In this document: positions 55,161 through 64,000 of the stretch, piece after piece | Numbering within the stretch: position 1 is the stretch's first letter | Layout: each line of letters opens with the position of its first letter | NCBI RefSeq assembly: GCF_009914755.1 | Contig: NC_060925.1 | Length of the DNA: 64,000 nt | Direction: 5' to 3' (one strand) | Source of the DNA: the human T2T-CHM13v2.0 reference genome, Homo sapiens | Position numbers and translations under genes: made by a program | The notes under the pieces: model-generated | The model's input: only the letters and a program-made list of their open reading frames with translations | Database searches by the model: none | What the model was told of the DNA's origin: nothing

Positions 55161-57766
55161 ACAAAATGTGTAAGGTGGATTAAGGAAGAGAGGGAAGGGG
55201 ACGTTAATGTAATTCAAACTGAGTGGAAGAACTTAAATCTAAACATGGGAGAGCGAGGGACAATAAGAACCCATACATTCCTGTATCATTAATACAGTAA
55301 TTTAGATTTCTTTTAAAAAGACTATGTTTTATTCATTGGTATAAATATAATCATAAATTGCATTGCATGGGGCAGTTTATGAAAAAAGGGGACTCCAACT
55401 GCAGAAGATCTGAATTAACAAAGATCCCTTCTGAAGTTTAGCCTGGGGGGCCCAGAATTTACATTTATACCCCCTAGCTGGATTAGAAAAATATAAAAGC
55501 CAAACTGCCAGGTTAGCCTTGGAATCTTTACATTGCCCACCAAGAAGCATACGTTGATTGAGTGTTGAGCACAGCAGGAAATATCATTACAGACCTGGAA
55601 TCCAGATTTCTACCAGAAAATGCGAAGCATCTGGCAGTTTTGAAAGGTAATCTTTCCAGATTTACTTTCACATAAACTGTACTCCACTATAGCACCAAAA
55701 ATCATGGAGGAAGATTGTTTTTAATATAGCGGTTCAGAGCAAAGCACAGAGAAATTTAAATGAAGACAGCGATTCATCTCCAGGCCTTGATTAGCAAAAA
55801 TAGCACCCCCAGACCTTACTTATTTGTTAAGAAAGGTGGGCTCACTTGGATAGTCTTAAGGCATTTCCCAGTGGCTTCTTTGTAGCACATTAATTTCCAG
55901 GGAATTCTGTGGGGTGCCTCTTTTCTGAAGCAATTGGCCATTGATTACCCATTAGTTTGGTGGTTGTTATTTTGCTCTACAGGAAGCTAACTGAAGTTTC
56001 AAATTATCTTCCATGACTTTGCTGTGAGCACAGCACCAAGTTTCTTTTTTATTAGTTGGAAAGACAGGTTTCTGGGTTTTTTCCTTTAAATTACATCTCC
56101 AGTTTTAAATCCATATGAATTGAAGGGAAACACATCGTTTTCTTTTTTCCCCTTTTTTTTGGAAATAAATATGGATTGAGCCATGCCTAAACAATTGAGG
56201 AAACATTTTCATAGCTTTCATTACACGCCTAACATTTCTTAGATGATTTCTCTCAATGTAAGGCCTATTATAAGCAAGAGAAGTTCAAAGTGTAGGTTAA
56301 TCTTGGAGGGGGCAGTGAGTAAGACAGAAACTAGAGTGAAACAGGATAACTTGAGAAATTCTCAGTGATCAATATATGCCATGTTTTTCAACATAATGGA
56401 ATGGAAATCGAGTTTTAAAAAAAAGACATCTTGGAAGAAGTCATTTATAGCCGAATGCACAATGTGAAATGTTTGAACTGCATGAGAAATATAAAAGCCA
56501 AGCTGAAAATATACACTTACATTATCAAGATTGTTAGACAACACTGCATTATCATTTTTCCAAAAGCAGAGCGTGAGTTTGGATCTTAATTACAATGAAA
56601 GCAAATGTGTCAAAGAAAAGTTTATTTCCTATTGTTGTTTGCCTATAATTGATAGTGTGACAAATAACTGCACAGCTATTGTGTATGGCAGATAAGCAAC
56701 TTCAGTAGAAATCTTGCCCTACATGGCAACCAAACAGCTGTTTATCATTGGCCTAATTATCAAGTTAATGAGATGCTAATTTCTATATTCATAAGGCATG
56801 CATGAGCAAGTACTAGTGTATGCAAAACAGAGTTTAGTGACAAACTTAATAAAATAAATAGTAAGGTATGGGTAAAGAAATACAAATGGTATTAAAAGCT
56901 AGGACTTAGTTTATTGAGAAATTGTACAATTCCAGGATGCACACCCGGCAATCTACTGTGTTTAATGCATACACAGCACTGACAATAGCCTTCTTTTGCT
57001 CAGTAGTCTTGATTCAGCTCCTGCAGTGTCTATAGAATTCTTATTACAGTTGCTCAATGGGGACAAAATCAGGCACACTGTGCAGATTTATGGATAGCCG
57101 TTTCAATCCCCATGGGATTGTGGTGCCAGGCTTCCAATTTCCCCAGCACAAGATGGGATGCCCCCTTTTTAGGAAATCAATATTATCAGGAAACCCCTCC
57201 AATAAACACCGCAGTCACACATGCTTTTCCCTTCTCCCAGTCAACAGTGCCCCTGTGGGTAAAGCTTGTGTAACACCCAGGTTTGATGTTTCCTTACTTA
57301 CCTGAAGAGAGGAACCATTATTTTAAATAATAATCAGGAGTAGTAATAATAAGACTTAAGTAGTAAAACCAAACAGCAAACACACGACAATATTCAAAAG
57401 TTGTATTTCAGGCATAGAGTAGCAGAGAGAAAAATGATTTTTTTTGGAAATAGAATTTCAAACTTTTGAAGGGGTTGAGAAATGCTGACTTACGGCAACT
57501 CCTTCCTGTCATAGAATATAAGGCCACTAATGTAAATGCTTTGGGGGCAGCTGATCAGTCATCAAGAGACTAGGTGCCTTGGTGACCTACTCACACCTTT
57601 TTAGTATGCACAATAAAATGCAGAAGAAAAGCGGTGGATCCAGAAAGCAAAGCCCTAAAGCAGGGCTACATAGCCTGCCAAGGAATTTTCCCTCCTTCAT
57701 TTTTCAGCATGGCCACAGGCATGACATATTGAACAGTTTACAATGAAAATACAGGAAAGACTGGAA

Positions 57767-58185
57767 CTAACCCAAATGTCCATCAATGATAGACTGGATT
57801 AAGAAAATGTGGCACATATACACCATGGAACACTATGCAGCCATAAAAAAGGATGAGTTCATGTCCTTTGCAGTGACATGAATGAAGCTGGAAACCATTA
57901 TTCTCAGCATACAATCGCAAGGACAGAAAACCAAACACCACGTGTTCTCACTCATAGGTGGGAATTGAACAATGGGAACACTTGGACACAGGGCGGGGAA
58001 CATCACACACTGGGGCCTGTTGTGGGGTGGCGGAATGGAGGAGGGATAGCATTAGGAGAAATACCTAATGTAAATGACGAGTTAATGGGTGCAGCAAACC
58101 AACACGGCACATGTATACATATGTAACAAACCTGCACGTTGTGCACATGTACCCTAGAACTTAAAGTATACTAATAATAAAAAAA
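57767..58185 (+). mobile_element. L1PA5/6-like 3' end
   Basis: ORF2 C-terminus plus 3' UTR; flanking duplication gaaaatacaggaaagactggaa (57745-57766) / gaaaatacaagaaagactggaa (58186-58207). Confidence 0.95.
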
Positions 58186-58252
58186 GAAAATACAAGAAAG
58201 ACTGGAAAAGATGGGACCAAGAACATGATAGTGTATATTTTTAATAGCCTGC

Positions 58253-60557
58253 TGTTTTAGTCTGTTTTCATGCTGCTGATAAAGACATACCTGAGACTGG
58301 GAAGAAAAAGAGGTTTGATTTGACTTATAGTTCCACATGGCTGGGGAGGCCTCGGAATCATGGTGGGAGGTGAAAGGCACTTCTTACATCACCATGGGAA
58401 GAGAAAAATGAGGAAAAGCAGAAAACCCTGATAAAACCCATCATATCTCTTGAGACTTATTCACTATCACGAGACTAGCATGGGAAGGACCCGCCCCCAT
58501 GATTCCATTACCACCCACTGTGTCCCTCCTACAACAAGTGGGAATTCTGGGAGATACAATTCAACTTGAGATTTCGATGGGGACACAGCCAAACCACATC
58601 ATTCCACCCCTGGCCACTCCAAATGTCATGTTCTCACATTTCAAAACCAGTCATGCCTTCCCAACAGTCCCCCAAAGTCTTAATTCATTTCAGCATTTAC
58701 CCAGAAGTCCACAGTCCAAAGTCTCACCCAAGACAAGGCAAGTCCCTTCTATCTATGAGCATGTAAAATCAATGTAAAATTTGATCTACATAAAATCAAA
58801 AGCAAGCTAGTTACTTCCTAGATACAATGGGGGTGCAGGCATTGGGTTAAATATGGCCATTCCAAATGGGAGAAATTGGCCAAAACAATTGGCCAAAAGG
58901 GGTTACAGGGCCCATGAAAGTCTGAAATCCAGTAGGACAGTCAAATTTTAACACTCCAAAGTGATCTCCTTTGACTCCAGGTCACACTGATGCAAGAAGT
59001 GGGTTCCCATGGTCTTGGGCAGCTCTGCCCCTATGGCTTTGCAGGATATAGCCTCCTTCCTGGCTGCTTTCATGGGCTGGTGTTGAGTGTCTGTGACTTT
59101 TCCAGGCACACGGTGAAAGCTGTCAGTGGATGTACCATTCTGGGGTCTAGAGGATGGTGGCCCTCTTCTCACAGCTCCACTAGGCAGTGCCCCAGAAGGG
59201 ACTCTGTGCACAGGCTCCAACCCCACATTTACCTTCCATTCTGCCCTAGCAGAGGTTCTCCATGAGGGCCCCACCTTGGCAGCAAATTTTTTCCTGGGCA
59301 TCCAGGCATTTCTAAACACCTTCTGAAATCTAGGTGGAGGTTTGCAAACCTCAATTCTTGACTTCTGTGCACCTGCAGGCTTAACACCACATGGGAGCTG
59401 CCAAGGCTTAGGGCATCCACCCTCTGAAACCACAGCCCAAGCTGTACGTTGGCCCCTTTCAGCCATGGCTGGAGTGGCTTGGACACAGGGCACCAAGTCC
59501 CTAGACTGCACACAGCACGAGGACCCTAGGCCCAGCCCACAGAACCACTTTCTCCTCCTGGGCCTCCAGGCCTGTGATGTGAGGGGCTGCCATGAAGGTC
59601 TCTGACATGGCCTGGAGACATTTTCCCCATGGTCTTGGGGATTAACATTAGGCTCCTTGCTACTTTTGCAAATTTCTGCAGCTCGCTTGAATTTCTCCTC
59701 AGAAAACTGGTTTTTCTTTTCTATCATATAGTCAGACTGCAAATTTTCCTAACTTTTATGCTCTGCTTTCCTTATGAAACTGAATGCCTTTAATAGTACC
59801 CAAGTCAACCCTTGAACACTTTGCTGCTGAGAAGTTTCATCTGCCAGAGACCCTAAATCATCTTTCTCAAGTTCAAAGTTCCACAAATCTCTAGGGCAGG
59901 AGCAAAATGCTACCAGTCTCTTTGCTAAAACTTAACAAGAGTCATCTTTACTCCAGTTCCCAACAAGTTCCTCATCTCCATTTGAGACCACCTCAGCCTG
60001 GACCCTATTGTTCATATTGCCATCAGCATTTTGGGCAAAGTCATTCATCAAATCTCTAGGAAGTTCCACACTTTCCCACATTTTTCTGTCTTCTTCTGAG
60101 CCCTCCAAACTGTTCCAACTTCTGCCTGTTACCCAGTTCCAAAGTCACTTCCACATTTTCGGGTGTCTTTTCAGCAACACCTCACTCCTGGTACCAGTTT
60201 ACTGTATTAGTCTGTTTTCATGCTGCTGATAAAGACATACCCGAGACTGGGAAGAAAAATACATTTAATTGGAGTTATAGTTCCAGATGGCTGGGGAGGC
60301 CTCAGAACCATGGCAGGAGGCAAAAGGCACTTCATACATCACAGCAGCAAGAGAAAAATGAGGAAGAAGCAAAAGTGGAAACCCCTGATAAACCCATCAT
60401 ATCTTGTGAGAATTTTTCACTATCATGAGACTAGCAAGGGAAAGACTGGTCTCCATGATTCAATTAACTCCCACTGGGTCCCTCCCAAAATACATGGGAA
60501 TTCTGGGAGACACAGTTCAAGTTGAGATTTCGATGGGGACACAGCCAAACCATATCA
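58253..60557 (-). mobile_element. Full-length THE1 MaLR provirus: 3' LTR 58253-58601, internal region, 5' LTR 60203-60557
   Basis: Two LTRs; exact TSD cctgc (58248-58252, 60558-60562); internal ORF 58948-59742 is homologous to ORF 40478-40954. Confidence 0.96.
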
Positions 60558-61664
60558 CCTGCTATATGACAATACTGATTGAGAGGTGTGGGGCAATGTC
60601 AAGTCTAAAGTTGTGTCATTGTTCATGTAGATTTCCAAACTGAAAATCTACAGTGGATGCTGAGTGAATGAAGGCACATATATTTACTCAGTGTGTAATC
60701 AGGTTGGGATATCCTGTAATATGCTCCCAATCATGTTTTGAATATTATTGAAAGAAAACAGTCTCAACAGCTAGTTTTCTCATTCTAATGACAGTATTAT
60801 TAATGATAACTCCATCTTGCATTTTATGCTTATCATAGGTTAACTTTTTGGAATTTTACACTAACCCTGAGAGTTTAGGTTGCACGTAATTCAGTCTCAT
60901 CATTTTATGGGTGTTGTTACTGAAGCCCGGGTTATGGCAATTGTTAAGTGACAGAGCTGGAACTAGAATTCTGAATCTGTGCTCCTTCCCCTTTCTCTAT
61001 TTGAAAGTCAAGCTGAAAAAAATGATTAGGATATTTAACCTGGCATGCCTTGCAAATGTGCTTGTAATGCACAAAACAGAAAAGTGTCTTATGTCTGACA
61101 TGATTATGAAATGAGAATTTCCAGCTTCCTGTACATCCTAGTAATTACTAGGCATATGTCTCCAGGGAATAAGAAAATAATTTACCACTTAAAACTGGAA
61201 ATCTCTGCTATTAACAGCATACCTCAATTTCTAGTATAACTTTTTCCTTGTTATTCAAAAGTATTGAATAATCTTCCAGAGGCTTCAACTTATTCACTTC
61301 AACAAACATTTGTAGAGATCTTATCTCATAACTGGAATCTCAGACTGCACAGCCCCATGTTATGAGTGTGTGTGTCCTTCAATGGAAGATTGGGGCCCTT
61401 CTGCAGGTGATTCAGGGGCTATTGGAGTAAACATTACAGTGAATTTATATGGCTGAGCTGTTAACATTGATCAAGTTTAGCTAATAATAAAAGAATTTGA
61501 TTCCTTTGGTTTCAGTCAAAACTGCCTTAGTGAATTATCATGGATATGTTTTAATTCCCATTGTTTCTTTAGACCCAGGATTGAGACTAATGATTGGCAG
61601 AAAAAGTAGAGTCAACTCTGGAATTTTTGAGGTGAGATAGGAACACACACACAGCAGTGGTCCA

Positions 61665-61890
61665 GCCTGGGCTTCTCAAACCTAAATGTGCATAAGATTC
61701 ACTAGCACCTCATCAAAAACACAGCTACTCCAGAGTTACTAAGGACCAGTCTCCCACTTCTTACATGAGAGTCTCTGAACGAAGGACATAAGCACCTTCT
61801 TTCTTAATAAGCTTCATAGGTAAATTTAACATGTATTTAGTCTAAAGTCTGTATTTAACATGTATTTCAGTCTAAAGTCTGAAACTCCCT
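61665..61890. mobile_element. MER5-like hAT MITE remnant
   Basis: gcttctcaaacctaaatgtgcataagattcac...aataagcttcataggt. Confidence 0.5.
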
Positions 61891-62685
61891 AGGGAGGTCT
61901 TTGAACTCCATGAAGTCGAGGCCAGTCTGTCTCATGAAGTTCTGAATCATCAGTGCCGAGAACATAATTGGCACACCTAATAAGTATTCTTGAATGTTTT
62001 CATTAATGAAAAAAATAGATCCTCAGGAAAGCACTATAAAATCAGAGATAAAGAACAAAGAGTAAGATGCAATCCAAACAAATAGAGATACCTTACTTAG
62101 ACCAAAGCTTCAGGATGATCAAAATGATAAGGCAGTTAAGAATAAAGAAATCCCCCAAAATCAAGTCCAACAAAGTCAAAAGACATCTGCATGGTCCTTA
62201 CATGACTGAGCATATATGAAAAACACTGTGCTTGACCAACCCAAATCTCACACAAGCTGCTGGATTTCCTCAGGCTCTTTACTTACGTTTGCATATTTCT
62301 GAAATCAGGATGCCCCTCTCATTTGATGTATCTTGTAATGTTTCTGCTGCCCTGGATTGAACTCTCCTTTCTCCTTCCAGGTAGCTTTTGTGTTTGTTCT
62401 TGCCAGTCACCTGAGGGCACTATCCAGTGGAGTCCACTTCAATTTAAATCCTCTGCTAAGAATTTCTGTACCATGTTAGCCCTGTGAATTCAGACTGCAC
62501 ACCTGCAAAAGTGGCGGATTGTAGTTCACATTTTCAGGGGAGGTATTTTTCCCTTCTTCCATCCATTGTCAATATTGAAACGTGCAAGTTTCTTTAACTG
62601 TTCCAAACATTGGGCTTAATTCATATTTACCTCTGCAGTGAGGGTTTAGGATGGTTTTTGCTGGAATCAGCTGTTAGAATTCCAC

Positions 62686-62693
62686 TCTCCCTC

Positions 62694-62726
<33 letters not shown>

Positions 62727-62728
62727 CT
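62686..62728. repeat. (CT)n/(CTGT)n microsatellite
   Basis: Read directly from sequence. Confidence 0.9.
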
Positions 62729-64000
62729 TCCCCACACCCCCTTTATCTTCAGTGGAGCATTAAATAACATTGCATCTTACAATCACGGGCATATTATGTG
62801 TGAGAAAATATAGGTTCTTTATACTGGGATTGAGCTAAAATTCACAGCTGAGCAGTCTCAAGCTTGCAGGGAGAATAATGAAAGTGTCAACATCTGCCTA
62901 AAGGAAACTGTAGCAAACAAAGCCAAAGTTCAGATCCTTACAACTACTTTTGGATTTGTAGTGTGCTGGAAATGGAAACAATGGCACTTCAATTTCATAG
63001 GCCATTTTGGATTGTAGTAGTGCTATTTGCCGCATTTATGGATTCATCGTGAGCTCTTCTTTTTAATCTCCTGGTACAGTGCCCAGCATGTATTAGATGA
63101 TCATCTAGTATTTACTGAACTCCAATTTCTAGAATATGTCTATAAACCCTACTTGATCTGGCTCAGCTCTCAAAACAGATACGCTTCTTCATGTTGGTTT
63201 CCAAGATCTATCCAACAATCACTTTAGGGCAACAATCAGGAATTATACAAAGTTTGTAGGCAAACATTTTAATATAATTTTTAACTTTGCAGAACTGTTT
63301 TAATGTTGCTCTCTTGTTCTTGATATAGTTCAGATGAATTTATGGTTTTTTTTGCTTTTGTTTTTTCTCCCCCTGAAGAAATTGTTGTTATAAATTCTCA
63401 TTTTAAATAAAACCAGCTTTTTAAAAAGTGCATAAAATACATTGTGATGATGGCTGGATTGTTGATTTTCTGGCTTAGCTTATAGTCTATTCATTCTCCC
63501 TCCTTCAACAAGACAAACCAATTTTTCTGTAGAGTGTTGTGGACTGTAGGCTACATTTTTTTTTCTCTTAGTCTGTAGTTACTCTATTGCCACCCAAAGT
63601 TGACTTTTTTGACTCCAGTTTGTTTTTCTCAAAAATTGAATTTCACATTTATCTTTGTTTCCCTTTTTCTTGATGTTTATGAGGTGAAGGCCCACTAAAA
63701 TTCTGTGGGCCTGCAACTGTCTCCTAAAAAAACTAGTTTGAAGTACCACTGGCCCCACCCACATCTTCCTCACCAGTTGCCAGCCCACTGGAGCCAGGGA
63801 GGAAACTTGGAAAGCAGAAGAACCTGTTCCAATTGTCAAGAAAGCAAATTCTGAAGGAATGACTAACAGTATTATCAGCTCTATATATCTCCAGTTTCTC
63901 AAAGGAATGATAATCCTATTATGGTAGATAAACCCAATCTTTGGGTTCCAACGTACAGATAATCAGTTCAGTTGTTCTTCACATTCCATCAGTAACCTGA

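Overview
Primate (human-like) AT-rich, CpG-depleted intergenic or intronic DNA, roughly half of it recognisable interspersed repeat. I found no protein-coding exon, RNA gene, CpG-island promoter or CRISPR array that I can support. The longer ORFs come from transposons (THE1 internal ORF, L1 ORF2, Tigger1 transposase, antisense Alu) or simple repeats. Main contents: about 10 Alu/FLAM copies, several L1 3' ends with target-site duplications (TSDs), old L1M/L2/MIR fragments, two full-length THE1 (MaLR) proviruses pointing at each other, several solo MaLR/ERVL LTRs, an LTR12 (ERV9) with 9 CCAAT boxes, a near-full-length Tigger1 plus MITEs, and a CR1/L3 reverse-transcriptase fossil missed by the ORF track. 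The most notable structures are (i) a 174-bp AT-rich near-perfect palindrome in a VNTR/duplication cluster next to Tigger1, (ii) DUX4-type motifs kept in the 5' LTR but altered in the 3' LTR of both convergent THE1s, and (iii) several template-switch or microhomology scars. I do not see convincing evidence of a novel gene system. Repeat subfamily names come from recalled consensus sequences, not a database search, and I did not identify the genomic locus.
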